A stretch of DNA of 64,000 nt from Candidatus Sungiibacteriota bacterium (GTDB taxonomy: Bacteria; Patescibacteriota; Minisyncoccia; Sungbacterales; HO2-52-23): the NCBI GenBank assembly GCA_016432465.1, contig CP066690.1, positions 462,823-526,822 on the forward strand. The letters run 5' to 3'. Position numbers and translations under genes: made by a program. This document shows, one piece after another, positions 20,602 to 30,579 of the stretch. A model generated the notes under the pieces. That model was not told the origin of the DNA. It worked only from the letters and a program-made list of their open reading frames with translations, and searched no databases. Each line of letters opens with the position of its first letter. Within the stretch, counting starts at the first letter, position 1.

Positions 20602-20698
20602 CCCGTTAGAGATTTAAATCATGATAATACTACATTATAGAGTTGCAAAGATGTTACAAAAACCATAAGTTACTGCTGCCCTAAATCTCTAACGGGAT
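20600..20698. mobile_element. ~99-bp MITE-like element, CCCGTTAGAGA TIR family
   Basis: 17-bp perfect TIRs ATCCCGTTAGAGATTTA (20600-20616) and TAAATCTCTAACGGGAT (20682-20698); second copy at 40266-40367. Confidence 0.7.
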
Positions 20699-20951
20699 CG
20701 TATCCGCCCGCGTTCCCGGGATGACACCTCAAAATCCTTCTGACGGACACCACAACCCCCTTTATTAGTCCATATTGACGGATTGCTTGCCGCGCGTAGT
20801 CTGAGCAGGAGGGATAAAAACGACAACGCGCGCTGGGTGGCAAAATCCTGACCGCGCCATGGTCCGGAGAAATTGTCTTCTGATAAAAAGTGATTACTGT
20901 TAGAACAAATCTAGCGAGCGGCTCGTTCCAGTGTTTTTTTGAAATCTTCAT
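20670..20951 (-). CDS. yidD: Membrane protein insertion efficiency factor YidD
   Basis: YQKTISP...CRFYPSCSDY...RILRCHP...GGYDP; start uncertain. Confidence 0.92.
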   Translation of the reverse strand: MKISKKHWNEPLARFVLTVITFYQKTISPDHGAVRILPPSARCRFYPSCSDYARQAIRQYGLIKGVVVSVRRILRCHPGNAGGYDPVRDLGQQ

Positions 20952-21252
20952 AAAAGTTGGTGCGCGAAGCACCCGCTGCCTCTTTTTTAATAAAAATTAA
21001 AAAGTCGCTGGGGTGGATAAAAACATTCGGATTTCTACGAACCCATTCGCGCAGGCGTCTTCTTAGAACATTTCTTTTGGTTGATCGCCTGTCAACAGAC
21101 TTGGGTGCAACAAAGACAAAACGGCTGTTAGAAAGACTGGTGCGGTTCACAACGACGCGAAAAAAGGGGGACTCCGTCTTCTGCCCACGACGCAGTAGAG
21201 CATGAAAATCCTTTGGGTTTTTAACGGTAAGCAGTTTTTTTGTCCCACTCAT
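20911..21252 (-). CDS. rnpA: RNase P protein component
   Basis: RNR-like motif ([11 protein letters not shown]) and position in the rpmH operon. Confidence 0.9.
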   Translation of the reverse strand: MSGTKKLLTVKNPKDFHALLRRGQKTESPFFRVVVNRTSLSNSRFVFVAPKSVDRRSTKRNVLRRRLREWVRRNPNVFIHPSDFLIFIKKEAAGASRTNFYEDFKKTLERAAR

Positions 21253-21383
21253 ACTGTAAGCCGTTTTCTTCCCTTGGCCCGTCTGCGCGCCAAAATCCCT
21301 CTTCCGCGCGAGGACTGCATTCTTTTTAAGAAACCATGCGTTCGTTTCCTTTTTCTTTTTGCTGGTTGATAAGTAATTGACAT
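21249..21383 (-). CDS. rpmH: 50S ribosomal protein L34 (absent from ORF track)
   Basis: Translates to [44 protein letters not shown]; ATGA overlap with rnpA. Confidence 0.97.
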   Translation of the reverse strand: MSITYQPAKRKRKRTHGFLKRMQSSRGRGILARRRAKGRKRLTV

Positions 21384-21487
21384 TTTGAGTGTTAGAATTT
21401 TTATAAACAAGCTATGCACACCATTTACACATTTCTAGTATTTGCCCTTGTTGTATAATGGGTGGTGTTATCTTAATTATATAATTT

Positions 21488-22867
21488 ATGGAAAGGCAGG
21501 AACTTTGGCAGGCCACGCTTGCTAAAATAGAACTAACTCTCTCCCGACCCAGCTTCCTTACGTGGTTTCAGGGTACTGGGATTGCAAGCATCGAAAACGG
21601 TGTGGCCACCGTAGCTGTCCCAAACGGATTTGCCAAAGAGTGGCTGCGGAATAAATACCATAAACCCATTCTCCATGCGTTGCGCGAAATTTCATCTGAC
21701 ATAAAAGATGTTTCTTATATTATTGGCAGGGTTAACGGGGCGGAGGAATCCTCCGGTAAAAGAGACACGCCCAAGCGCCGTCATTCTGTTTCTATTGTAC
21801 CAATGGGGGACGAATCTTATATCCGGGAACTAACCATTGATCCGGAGACCTGCCTCAACCCACGCTATACTTTTGACTCCTTTGTGGTCGGGTCGTTCAA
21901 CGAACTTGCACATGCCGCCGCCCAGTCGGTTCTTAAAAGCCCGGGCACAAGTTACAATCCGCTGTTTATTTACGGTGGGGTTGGCTTGGGCAAGACCCAC
22001 CTGATACAGGCGGTGGGCAATGCCGCTCTCAAACAAAATCCGAATTGCAAAGTGCGTTATATTCCGTCAGAAAAATTCATGATAGAGATAGTGGAGGCTC
22101 TCAAAAATCAAGAAATAAATAAGCTAAAGGATAAGTATCGCGCGATTGACATGTTAATTATGGATGACATCCAGTTTATGGCCAGAACGGAAAAAATGCA
22201 AGAAGAATTTTTTCACACCTTTAACGCCCTTTACGAAAAAAACAAACAGATTATACTCTCTTCTGATCGCCCGCCCCAAGCCATTGCTACGCTGGAAGAG
22301 CGGCTACGTTCCCGTTTTGAGGGCGGCATGATCGCGGATATCGGCGTGCCGGATTTTGAAACCCGTCTTACTATTCTAAAAACCAAGGCCGAATCAAAAT
22401 CCACAACGATAACGGAAGAGGTTCTTAGATACCTTGCAGAAACTATTAAAAACAACATCCGGGAGCTGGAGGGGTCTTTGAACCGGGTTGCGATGGCCTC
22501 CCGCATTTCCCGTTCCCCGATTTCTCTGGAGGAGGTTAAAAAAATCGTGTCCCAGCATATCAACGCACCTAAAAGGTTCCTTTCCCCAAAAAAAATATTG
22601 AAGGCCGTGGCCGAATTTTATGACATAGAAGAAAGGGATCTTATTCAGCGTTCCCGCAAAAAGGATTACGTGAGGCCGCGTCAAATAGCCATGTACTTGA
22701 TGCGCGAAGAACTAAAGATATCTTATCCTTCTATTGGGGATCGTTTCGGTGGCAGGGACCATACCACCGCCATTCACTCCTGTGAAAAAGTTGGGGGGGA
22801 ACTGAAGACAAACCCTGAATTAGAAGAGGAAATACGAGCTGTTAAAGACAGGATGTTACTCGGATAA
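21488..22867 (+). CDS. dnaA: Chromosomal replication initiator DnaA
   Basis: YNPLFIYGGVGLGKTHL, MDDIQF, RLRSRF, RELEG, GGRDHTT. Confidence 0.99.
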   Translation: MERQELWQATLAKIELTLSRPSFLTWFQGTGIASIENGVATVAVPNGFAKEWLRNKYHKPILHALREISSDIKDVSYIIGRVNGAEESSGKRDTPKRRHSVSIVPMGDESYIRELTIDPETCLNPRYTFDSFVVGSFNELAHAAAQSVLKSPGTSYNPLFIYGGVGLGKTHLIQAVGNAALKQNPNCKVRYIPSEKFMIEIVEALKNQEINKLKDKYRAIDMLIMDDIQFMARTEKMQEEFFHTFNALYEKNKQIILSSDRPPQAIATLEERLRSRFEGGMIADIGVPDFETRLTILKTKAESKSTTITEEVLRYLAETIKNNIRELEGSLNRVAMASRISRSPISLEEVKKIVSQHINAPKRFLSPKKILKAVAEFYDIEERDLIQRSRKKDYVRPRQIAMYLMREELKISYPSIGDRFGGRDHTTAIHSCEKVGGELKTNPELEEEIRAVKDRMLLG

Positions 22868-23027
22868 GATACTTTTAATTTTCATTCTTAAAGAAATCAA
22901 CAAATAATCACCACCTTGTTTACATCCGTTGGATCTTAGTGGGTGACTATCTGTTGGTATAAAAATACATTTTTATCCACAGCATATTCTTTATTAATAA
23001 TAATAAGTTATTTTCTATTAACTAACA
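22868..23027. other. Replication origin oriC (dnaA-dnaN spacer)
   Basis: Perfect DnaA box TTATCCACA at 22973-22981, followed by an AT-rich tract with (TAA)4 at 22995-23006 (DnaA-trio-like). Degenerate boxes also occur upstream of dnaA. The + strand looks more G/T-rich to the right (qualitative). Confidence 0.8.
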
Positions 23028-24128
23028 ATGCGTTTCTCGTGCACCAAAGAAAATCTATTATATGCGGTATCAACAGCAGAACGTTTTGCGGGGAAAAACG
23101 TATCTTTACCAATTTTAAGCAATATATTACTGGAAACAGATGATAATGTTTTATTTGCAACAGCCACTAATCTTGAATATGCTGTTAAAATAAAAATTCC
23201 GGGCAAAGCGGAAAAGAAAGGCAAAATAAGTGTTCCGGCAAAAGTTATAAGTTCTCTCATCCAGTCCATAAAAGACGACAGAGTAAATTTAGAAGAAAAG
23301 CAAAGCAGCTTACTAATAAAAACCGATACCAAGGACACAAAAATAAACGGGGTGGGCACAGAAGACTTTCCTATACTCCCCAAAATTAAAAAAGCAGTTA
23401 CCTTATCTGTTTTAACCGCCGATTTTAAAAGAGGATTAGACGTCGTATTGCCATCGGTCTCTCAATCAGAATTTAAACCAGAACTTACTGGCGTGCTTTT
23501 TAGGATCTCGGGAAACACATTGAAGTTGGCGGCCACGGACACCTTTAGGCTGGCCGAAAAAACACTCGCTCTGCAGGAGCGTTATTCTGGTGACGCCTGC
23601 TCCTTTATTGTCCCTTACCGGGTTGCCCAAGAGTTGGTAAGACTCGGAGAGGAGGATGACGAGGAGGCAGAAATAGCATTCGGAGACAACCAGTTGGTAT
23701 ACAGCACAGGACACACCACCGTGATTTCGCGAACCATAGAGGGATCTTTCCCGGAGTACGGAAGCATCGTCCCTAAAAGTTTTGAAACAGAGTGTTATAT
23801 ACCAAGGGAAGAATTTATTGACGCTGTTAAGGCAGGGAGTATCTTTTCTTCAAGGCTGCAGGATATAACCATTGCTTTTTCTCCGAAAGAGGCGGAAATT
23901 ACATCCGCCAACCAAGAGGTGGGTGAGTATAAAACAAAAATCCCGGTGTCAGGGAGGGGTAGACAGGTTAAGGCAAGTTTTAATTACCGATTTCTATTAG
24001 ATGGTCTTTCTGCCCTTGAGGATGATGAGATATTTTTCGGCTGTAACACCGAGCAGGGTCCGTCTCTGCTGCAAAATAAATCAGGCGGCTCTTTCTTTTA
24101 CGTTTTAATGCCCATAAGAACGAGCTAA
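23028..24128 (+). CDS. dnaN: DNA polymerase III beta clamp
   Basis: LPILSN, ATNLE, AATDTFRLA, EGSFPEY, VLMPI. Confidence 0.97.
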   Translation: MRFSCTKENLLYAVSTAERFAGKNVSLPILSNILLETDDNVLFATATNLEYAVKIKIPGKAEKKGKISVPAKVISSLIQSIKDDRVNLEEKQSSLLIKTDTKDTKINGVGTEDFPILPKIKKAVTLSVLTADFKRGLDVVLPSVSQSEFKPELTGVLFRISGNTLKLAATDTFRLAEKTLALQERYSGDACSFIVPYRVAQELVRLGEEDDEEAEIAFGDNQLVYSTGHTTVISRTIEGSFPEYGSIVPKSFETECYIPREEFIDAVKAGSIFSSRLQDITIAFSPKEAEITSANQEVGEYKTKIPVSGRGRQVKASFNYRFLLDGLSALEDDEIFFGCNTEQGPSLLQNKSGGSFFYVLMPIRTS

Positions 24129-24156
24129 GAAGGAGACCGATTCCCAATTAAGGGGT

Positions 24157-26694
24157 TTACCAAACGGTCAACTCCTCCTCATGCGACTCACTGTTTCCAA
24201 CCGCATCGTAGGCGGTTATTTTTATTCTATAACTTCCGGCTCCAAGCGGGGACGGCAGATAGAAATTGATTGTTTCAGAAACGATAGGGGTTGTTTTAGA
24301 GGACATAAGCCCCTCGTTGATAAATAAGGACACCTCTTGAAGAGGAAACACCGCCCGGATCTTTACCAAAAAGGAAGTAATGGGCCCCTTTACAGGAACA
24401 CCAGCCCTCCATCCCAAAAAGTTTATCTGTGGCTTTTTGTCGGGGTCGTGCAGGTTTTCGGGCTCTTTGGGTATAGAGGGTTCAGCAATTTTATTGGCCG
24501 AAAGCCAGTGCTTGATGGCCTCTTCCCAGTTTTTAAACTGCGGATCGTTCGGGGGTTCGGATGGCGGGTCGCCGGTGGGGTCTTCACGCCTAATAAAAGA
24601 AAGGATGGATTTTATTTCCCCGGTACTTATTTCTTCCACCAGCCCCGCAGGAGTAAAGACCGTAGCAAGCTTTCGCGAAATCTTATCAATTTTTATAAAA
24701 GACCCGGAGCGGTAGTGACCTCTTAATACTGCCTTGGTGGAGTTTGTTTTTTCCGGCGGAGTAAATTCCTCCGGCGGTTTTTGAGCCAAGAAAAATTCAA
24801 AGAGGCGGTGCCAAAGAGGGCCGGCCACCATGATAGAAAGTCCGCCTTTCTGCATGGACGCGTTGTCGTTATTACCGGCCCAGACACCCACAACAAGGGA
24901 TGGCGTGTATCCTATAACCCAAGCGTCACGAAATTCTTGGGTGGTTCCTGTTTTGGCCGCAACCTGCCGACCAGGAAAGTAAAGCGAACTGCGCGGATTA
25001 AAAGTCGGGACGCGCGCCTCGTTGTCGGAAAGAACGTCATTTATCGTCCGCGCAACCTCGGTATCCAGCACCGCCAGCGAGGACTCTTTTTTTTCTTCCA
25101 GCACCGCGCCGCGAGAGTCCTCAATTTTTAAAATTGCGTTTTTGGGGTGTAGAATCCCGTCCTGCGAGAAAACACCAAAAGCCGAGGTCATCTCAAGAAG
25201 CGTGACCTCCGCACCGCCCAGAACCAGCGAAAGACCGTAGCGGTTGGGATCTTTTAAGGTGGTGATACCCAGCGTTTCGGCGGTCTTTATGGAGTCCTCC
25301 ACGCCCGCAAGGTAAAGAAGCTTAACCGAGGGAACGTTAAGCGACTGGGCAAGCGCCTGCCTTAGCGATACCGGACCACGAAAGGTTTCGTCATAGTTTT
25401 GAGGATGATAACACTCTTTTTCTTCTTTAATCGTTGGGCCCGGTACCCCGTCGTAGCCGCATAAAGGATTAAATTCCGTGGGGACGTCCATTAACACGGT
25501 TTCTGTGGTGTAGCCCTTTTTAAAGGCGGTGGCATAAACAAAGGGTTTAAATGCCGAACCGGGTTGTCTCGGACGAATAACCACATTAACGTGGGGGTCA
25601 AAGCGGCAGTTAAGGCCCGGAGTGCAGCCGTCGGGATAGGGTTTACCCAAAAAATCTTTTGACCCCACCAACGCAAGAACGTCACCCGATTTAGGGTCCA
25701 AGGCCACCAAGGCCGCGTTAGCTGCTTTGACCAGGTTTTCATTTTTTTCTGCCTCCTCCTTTACTATCTTTTCCGCCTCCTCCTGCAGTTTCCAGTCAAG
25801 CGAGGTTATTACTTTTAATCCGCCCCTTTCCACAAAGTCCTCACCATATTTTTCGTTGAGATGTTCACGAACGTACATTACAAAATGGGGTGCACGGATG
25901 GACTGGTGCGGCGGCGCAAAAGTAAGATGTTCTTTTTTGGCACGAGCCGCCTCTTCTTGGGAGACGAACCCCGCCTCCCGCATGCGCTCAATATTTTTGT
26001 CCTTGCGCGCCATCAGTTCTTCTTTGTGGGAGCCGTAGGGCGAATAATAAGTTGGTGCCTTGGGCAGCGCAGCCAGAAGTGCTGACTCCGCCAGACTAAG
26101 CCCCTCCGGTTTTTTTGAAAAAAAGGTCTGGGCAGCCGCGGCAATGCCGTAAGCATTAGATCCGTAAGGAATTTGATTTAGGTAAAGCTCAAAAATTTCA
26201 TCTTTTGAATATTTGGTCTCCAGCGCCACGGCCAGAATAGCCTCTTTAAACTTGCGGGCTAGGGTCCTCTCGCCGGTTAAAATGGAGTTTTTAACTAATT
26301 GCTGGGTAATGGTTGATCCTCCCTGTGTGACGTCTCCCCGCACAATATTTTTAATTAAAGCACGCCCAATACCCCGAAAGTCTATGCCCCCATGCCGATA
26401 AAAATTTATATCCTCGGCTACCAAAGTGGCCCACTTGATATTTGGGGAAATCTCTGAAAACCGGATCGTAGTTCGTCTTTCCTCGCCGTGAATTTCGTAG
26501 AGAAGCACCAGACCCGTCCGATCATAAATTTTGGTGGACTCAATTACGGAGCGTTCGGTAATACGGCTGGGGCCCGGAAGTTCGCGCAGTGCCGAATAAC
26601 TCCACCAGCCCCCCAAGAAAAGCAAAACAAGCGCTGGTATAAAAAAGCGCCGGATTCGTCTCTTTTTGACGCGCGGCGAAAAAACCACCGTCAT
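24157..26694 (-). CDS. Class A penicillin-binding protein (PBP1A)
   Basis: Transglycosylase EDINFYRHGG, GGSTITQQL, RKFKE; transpeptidase SAFK, SLN, KTG. Start set at MTVVFS, 7 nt after TACAAT. Confidence 0.95.
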   Translation of the reverse strand: MTVVFSPRVKKRRIRRFFIPALVLLFLGGWWSYSALRELPGPSRITERSVIESTKIYDRTGLVLLYEIHGEERRTTIRFSEISPNIKWATLVAEDINFYRHGGIDFRGIGRALIKNIVRGDVTQGGSTITQQLVKNSILTGERTLARKFKEAILAVALETKYSKDEIFELYLNQIPYGSNAYGIAAAAQTFFSKKPEGLSLAESALLAALPKAPTYYSPYGSHKEELMARKDKNIERMREAGFVSQEEAARAKKEHLTFAPPHQSIRAPHFVMYVREHLNEKYGEDFVERGGLKVITSLDWKLQEEAEKIVKEEAEKNENLVKAANAALVALDPKSGDVLALVGSKDFLGKPYPDGCTPGLNCRFDPHVNVVIRPRQPGSAFKPFVYATAFKKGYTTETVLMDVPTEFNPLCGYDGVPGPTIKEEKECYHPQNYDETFRGPVSLRQALAQSLNVPSVKLLYLAGVEDSIKTAETLGITTLKDPNRYGLSLVLGGAEVTLLEMTSAFGVFSQDGILHPKNAILKIEDSRGAVLEEKKESSLAVLDTEVARTINDVLSDNEARVPTFNPRSSLYFPGRQVAAKTGTTQEFRDAWVIGYTPSLVVGVWAGNNDNASMQKGGLSIMVAGPLWHRLFEFFLAQKPPEEFTPPEKTNSTKAVLRGHYRSGSFIKIDKISRKLATVFTPAGLVEEISTGEIKSILSFIRREDPTGDPPSEPPNDPQFKNWEEAIKHWLSANKIAEPSIPKEPENLHDPDKKPQINFLGWRAGVPVKGPITSFLVKIRAVFPLQEVSLFINEGLMSSKTTPIVSETINFYLPSPLGAGSYRIKITAYDAVGNSESHEEELTVW

Positions 26695-26774
26695 GAAAAA
26701 TATTGTACCGCATAACTTCTTGATTTTCCAGCCCCAACCCTTTTTGTGTTTGTTTTGCGCCGCCGCCAATTTAC

Positions 26775-27075
26775 CCGCCGTCGCAGAAAGCCACGGCTGG
26801 CCTACTCCGCCGAAGTAGCTTCGGCTACGAAGGCTGGATAAGGCCGTGGATGTCCCTAGGCCTTTCAGGCCGGGATCTCCCTAGGCATTAGCCGGGATGG
26901 CGGCTCGAAGAGCCTAGCCACCGGCGGCAAAGCCGTCTAGGGAAATGCGAGGGCGGAGGTCATCCGTAACTCGAAGAGCGAAGGAGGATGCTTTGGCGGA
27001 TTTCGCTGCATCTCGCTTAGTTTTCGCTGATGCGAAAAAGCGAGATGCCACGGGCGTAAGCCCGTGGAGCTTCAC
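26775..27075 (+). mobile_element. IS200/IS605-like non-autonomous element with nested palindromic repeats
   Basis: Preceded by TTAC and ending in TCAC; subterminal hairpins GCCACGG...CCGTGG and GCCACGGGCGTAAGCCCGTGG; related ends at 58161-58388. Confidence 0.65.
26853..26943. repeat. TA-bulge double-hairpin element containing a nested copy of itself (26878-26920)
   Basis: TCCC-TA-GGC...GCCGGGA / TCCCGG...TAGGGA architecture; other copies at 37658, 46085 and 54515. Confidence 0.8.
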
Positions 27076-27105
27076 TTTAAAAACCCATCATGCTATCATG
27101 TTTTC

Positions 27106-28296
27106 ATGAAAAAGCTTTCGCTTGACTCTGAAGTCTTTACAAGGGCCGTTGAGGATATAGTAACGCGCGGGGAGTTAAAAAAACTGCTTAGTCGCAATCG
27201 GGTACTTAGAATAAAACACGGGATTGATGCTTCGGGCCCGGAACTTCATATCGGGCATGCGGTCAGTCTTTGGAAACTGCGCGCATTGCAGGAGGCAGGA
27301 CACAAAGCCGTAATTCTCTTGGGAGACGTGACCACCCAAATAGGAGACCCCACCGGCAAACTAAAGACGCGGCCGATGCTGCCCAAGATAACTATTAAAA
27401 AAAACATAGCCGCCGTTAAAAACCAACTTGAAAAAATACTGCATACAAACCCCCGTGTCTATGAACTTCACTACAGTTCCGAATGGTATAACAAGATGCG
27501 TGCGCCGGAGTTTTTGAAACTTCTTTCTCATATCACCCACGCGCGCCTTATTGAGCGGGACATGTTTCAGGGGCGGCTTAGAAAAAAGACAGAAATTTAT
27601 ATGAGTGAGCTTATTTACCCCGTGCTTCAGGGTTATGACTCGGTTATCCTGCGCTCCGACCTTACAATCGTTGGGTCAGACCAGCTGTTTAACGAACATT
27701 TGGGCAGGATGTTTCAGGAGAAATTCGGACAGCCCCCGCAGGTAATTGTAGCTCTCAAGATTCTGCCGGGGGTGGGGGGCGGCGAGAAAATGTCCAAATC
27801 TTTAGGAAACTATATAGGTCTTTCGGACAGCCCCCAGGATAAATTCGGAAAAGCCATGCGGTTGCTTGACTCTTTAATTGTTCCGTACCTTGAGGTTTAT
27901 ACCGACGTGCCCCCAAATAAGATTCGTGGGATTGAACACGCGCTTAGGGGTGGACAGAATCCCATGGCGGCAAAGTTGTTTTTTGCCGAAGCCCTAGTCC
28001 GTAGATATCACGGAAACAAAGTTGCCCAGAAAGAGCGGGACAGGTTTTTAAAAATATTTTCCAAAAAAGAATTTCAAAAAGCGGCCCCGCTGGTTACAAT
28101 CAAAATCGGCAGGTGGGAGTTAACAGAGCTTCTCCTTAGGCTTGGTTTTGCCGCATCAAAATCTGATGCCCGGCGCCTGATAGCGCAGGGGGCGGTAGAG
28201 ATTGACGGAAAGAGGATTACGGTTCCCTCGGAAATAAACATAAAACACGGCTCCACCATACGTGCGGGCAAGAGACGATTAGCTAGAGTGGAATAA
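27106..28296 (+). CDS. tyrS: Tyrosine--tRNA ligase
   Basis: HIGH, YPVLQGYD, GSDQLFN, KMSKS and a C-terminal S4 domain; ATG 6 nt after TGcTATCAT. Confidence 0.97.
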   Translation: MKKLSLDSEVFTRAVEDIVTRGELKKLLSRNRVLRIKHGIDASGPELHIGHAVSLWKLRALQEAGHKAVILLGDVTTQIGDPTGKLKTRPMLPKITIKKNIAAVKNQLEKILHTNPRVYELHYSSEWYNKMRAPEFLKLLSHITHARLIERDMFQGRLRKKTEIYMSELIYPVLQGYDSVILRSDLTIVGSDQLFNEHLGRMFQEKFGQPPQVIVALKILPGVGGGEKMSKSLGNYIGLSDSPQDKFGKAMRLLDSLIVPYLEVYTDVPPNKIRGIEHALRGGQNPMAAKLFFAEALVRRYHGNKVAQKERDRFLKIFSKKEFQKAAPLVTIKIGRWELTELLLRLGFAASKSDARRLIAQGAVEIDGKRITVPSEINIKHGSTIRAGKRRLARVE

Positions 28297-28320
28297 GAGG
28301 CACCCGGACAAGGTTAAAAT

Positions 28321-28353
28321 AAAAACCGTCCCGCTGTTAGCGGGACGGTTTTT
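28321..28353. terminator. Bidirectional terminator
   Basis: AAAAACCGTCCCGCT-GTT-AGCGGGACGGTTTTT. Confidence 0.8.
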
Positions 28354-28355
28354 AG

Positions 28356-28508
28356 TTACTCGTATGCGTCTTCTTCTTTCTCTTCCCCCGGCTCGCCTGC
28401 GTCCCCAAGGTCTTCGTAGTCGGGAGGAACTAACGGCTCTCCATCGCCGTCTTCTTCCGGGTCATCGTCCTGATTTAGTGCAAATTCGTCATAGCCTCGG
28501 TAAGGCAT
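28356..28508 (-). CDS. Small, very acidic 50-aa protein
   Basis: MPYRGYDEFALNQDDDPEEDGDGEP...EEKEEDAYE, between ruvC and the terminator. Confidence 0.6.
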   Translation of the reverse strand: MPYRGYDEFALNQDDDPEEDGDGEPLVPPDYEDLGDAGEPGEEKEEDAYE

Positions 28509-28561
28509 AGTTATGATCAAAGAAAAATTTGTTGATTGATCGACCTTTTGTTTTATATGGA

Positions 28562-29053
28562 CTAAAGACCCCCTTTTACGCGGCCCCACTTGGAAACAAA
28601 AAGGTGGGTCAACGCTATGGCCGCCGCGTCAAAAACGTCATCAGCCGCCCCCGGGTCATCAATCCCACCCAAGGTAAGCCCCAACATTTTTTTTACCTGC
28701 AGCTTATCGGCTCTGCCGTCTCCGGTTACGCTCTTTTTAACCTCAAGCGGAGTATATTCATAGACCCTAAGTCCCGCAAGGGCGGTTGTCAACAGGATGG
28801 CGCCTCGGGACTCGGAGACTGTTAGGGCCGTTTTTTGATTTTTAGCAAAAAAAACCCGCTCCATGGCCGCTACGTCCGGCCCCCACGTCCTTATTAGTGT
28901 ATTAATTTCCCGGTGGAGTTCTAAAAGTCTTCCCTGCATTTCTCCGGGCCGCGTTTTTATAAGACCAGCAGAACAAAGTTTTATTTTTTTGTCGCACCCG
29001 AGCAGGGCGTAACCAACAGAAGCAATTCCGGGATCAATACCAAGTATGATCAT
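28562..29053 (-). CDS. ruvC: Holliday junction resolvase RuvC
   Basis: MIILGIDPG, MERVFF, EYTPLEVKKSVTGDGRADK, DDVFDA. Confidence 0.95.
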   Translation of the reverse strand: MIILGIDPGIASVGYALLGCDKKIKLCSAGLIKTRPGEMQGRLLELHREINTLIRTWGPDVAAMERVFFAKNQKTALTVSESRGAILLTTALAGLRVYEYTPLEVKKSVTGDGRADKLQVKKMLGLTLGGIDDPGAADDVFDAAAIALTHLFVSKWGRVKGGL

Positions 29054-29111
29054 GGCCGATATGATAGCGGGAGCAGAACGGTTCCTAATAATTCGGCGCT
29101 GGTATGGGCAA

Positions 29112-29849
29112 TTAGGGGCGTGTTCCCTCAAGGTTTGTGTGGATTTCCTGTATGTCCTCGTTATGCACCAGTGCCTCAAGGAGCGCCTCGCCCGACTCTT
29201 TTAAATTTTCCGGAAGCCGAATTGGAGAACGCGGTCTCCACCCGCCATAAGTATTTTTTATAATAATCTTTTTGTCTTCCAACGACCTTGTTACCTTTTC
29301 AAGATCAGCAGGATTGGTTTCTACAATCCAAGAGTTGTTGAGTTTTTTAAAATCGCGGGCGCCGGAATCTGCTATGGCAAGTTCTACTTCCTCCGGCAAC
29401 AGAGACTGGTGGTCGGGTCCGGCCGCCTCAATAGTTCCCACCCTTTCAAAACCCCAGCTTATACTGCCCGGTTCAGCCAGTTTGGCGCCGTGTTCTTCCA
29501 AAATATTTTTAATCTCCGCCAGCGATCTATTTTTATTATCGGTCGTGCCCTCAATGAGTATGTTCAAACCGCCCGGGGCAGCAGCCTCGTACAAAAATTC
29601 CTGAAGTTCTGCCCCACCCCCGCCGCCAGACGCGCGAGCGAGGGCGCGGGCAATGTTATCTTTAGGCAGACCGGCAGAGCGCGCATGTTCCAAAGCCGCG
29701 CGCAGTCGCGGATTTGATTCTGACGACGCGCCCCCGCCTTTTGCAGCCACGGTTATTTCCCGGATAAGCCGCGAGAATAATTGTCCTTTTTTAGCGTCGG
29801 TGGCCGCCTTTTTATGTTTTATTTGCGCCCACTTGGAATGACCAGCCAT
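29112..29849 (-). CDS. yebC: YebC/PmpR family protein
   Basis: MAGHSKWAQIKHKK, NPRLR, TDNKNR. Confidence 0.95.
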   Translation of the reverse strand: MAGHSKWAQIKHKKAATDAKKGQLFSRLIREITVAAKGGGASSESNPRLRAALEHARSAGLPKDNIARALARASGGGGGAELQEFLYEAAAPGGLNILIEGTTDNKNRSLAEIKNILEEHGAKLAEPGSISWGFERVGTIEAAGPDHQSLLPEEVELAIADSGARDFKKLNNSWIVETNPADLEKVTRSLEDKKIIIKNTYGGWRPRSPIRLPENLKESGEALLEALVHNEDIQEIHTNLEGTRP

Positions 29850-29851
29850 TT

Positions 29852-30373
29852 TTAAATTTGGGACCCTTGTTCTTGGCGGCGGCCGCGGGCATATTTTAAA
29901 ATAATGTCTTTGGCTTCGTAAAGAGCGGGTGCGTCCTTTATAGTAAATTCTCTCTCGCCGGCGGTCTGTATACGCAGTTTCCCAAATTTAAGAAAGGTTT
30001 CTATTAGGCCGCGTATCTCTATGGTGATGTCCTGCACGCTTGATAGGGGAATTTCTGAAATCTCACGGCTGAATAAGCCTCGCTGCTCTACGTCCACAAT
30101 ACGCTCCGTAGTTATAATCCACATGTCCAGATAGTGGTCCATCCAGAGAAGAAAAAGTAACAGCAATAACACCATGACGTAAATGGAAAGAAAGAAATTA
30201 GTGGAGGTTTCCACCAGTGTTGGGTCAAGACCGCCCGTGATCAGGGGGAGAAAAGTAAGGGCAACGGGCGCCAGCATAATAAGAATAATTATAACCAAAA
30301 CCTGCCTTGCTATTATAAACCAGTGTTTGTGTATTACCAGCACCACCTTTTCGTCCTCGTTGAGACGCAGCAT
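29852..30373 (-). CDS. Membrane protein with bacterial PH domain
   Basis: Two TMs followed by WIITTERIVDVEQRGLF...GKLRIQTAG. Confidence 0.8.
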   Translation of the reverse strand: MLRLNEDEKVVLVIHKHWFIIARQVLVIIILIMLAPVALTFLPLITGGLDPTLVETSTNFFLSIYVMVLLLLLFLLWMDHYLDMWIITTERIVDVEQRGLFSREISEIPLSSVQDITIEIRGLIETFLKFGKLRIQTAGEREFTIKDAPALYEAKDIILKYARGRRQEQGSQI

Positions 30374-30376
30374 AAG

Positions 30377-30571
30377 TTATCGCATTTTTATTAAAAAATA
30401 AAGCGCAAAGAGCCAAAAAAGGAGGGAGAGAGAAACAAAAACAGTACTTACGATTTTAGGATACGGGCGGCCCGGCAAGGTGTATTGTTTTAGGTGGTAA
30501 ATAATCGCGCTAGAAAAAAGACCGTACAGAAGAGAGAAGATAGTAAATAAAACCGCAGCCGCTACAAACAT
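30377..30571 (-). CDS. Small two-TM hypothetical protein
   Basis: 64-aa hydrophobic ORF tightly packed in the ruvB operon. Confidence 0.7.
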   Translation of the reverse strand: MFVAAAVLFTIFSLLYGLFSSAIIYHLKQYTLPGRPYPKIVSTVFVSLSLLFWLFALYFLIKMR

Positions 30572-30579
30572 AATATTGC

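Noticed and set aside
26695-27105. N-terminal extensions of PBP1A (to 26769) and TyrS (from 27064)
   Set aside because: They run through -10 elements and repeat ends; the downstream ATGs fit leaderless spacing.
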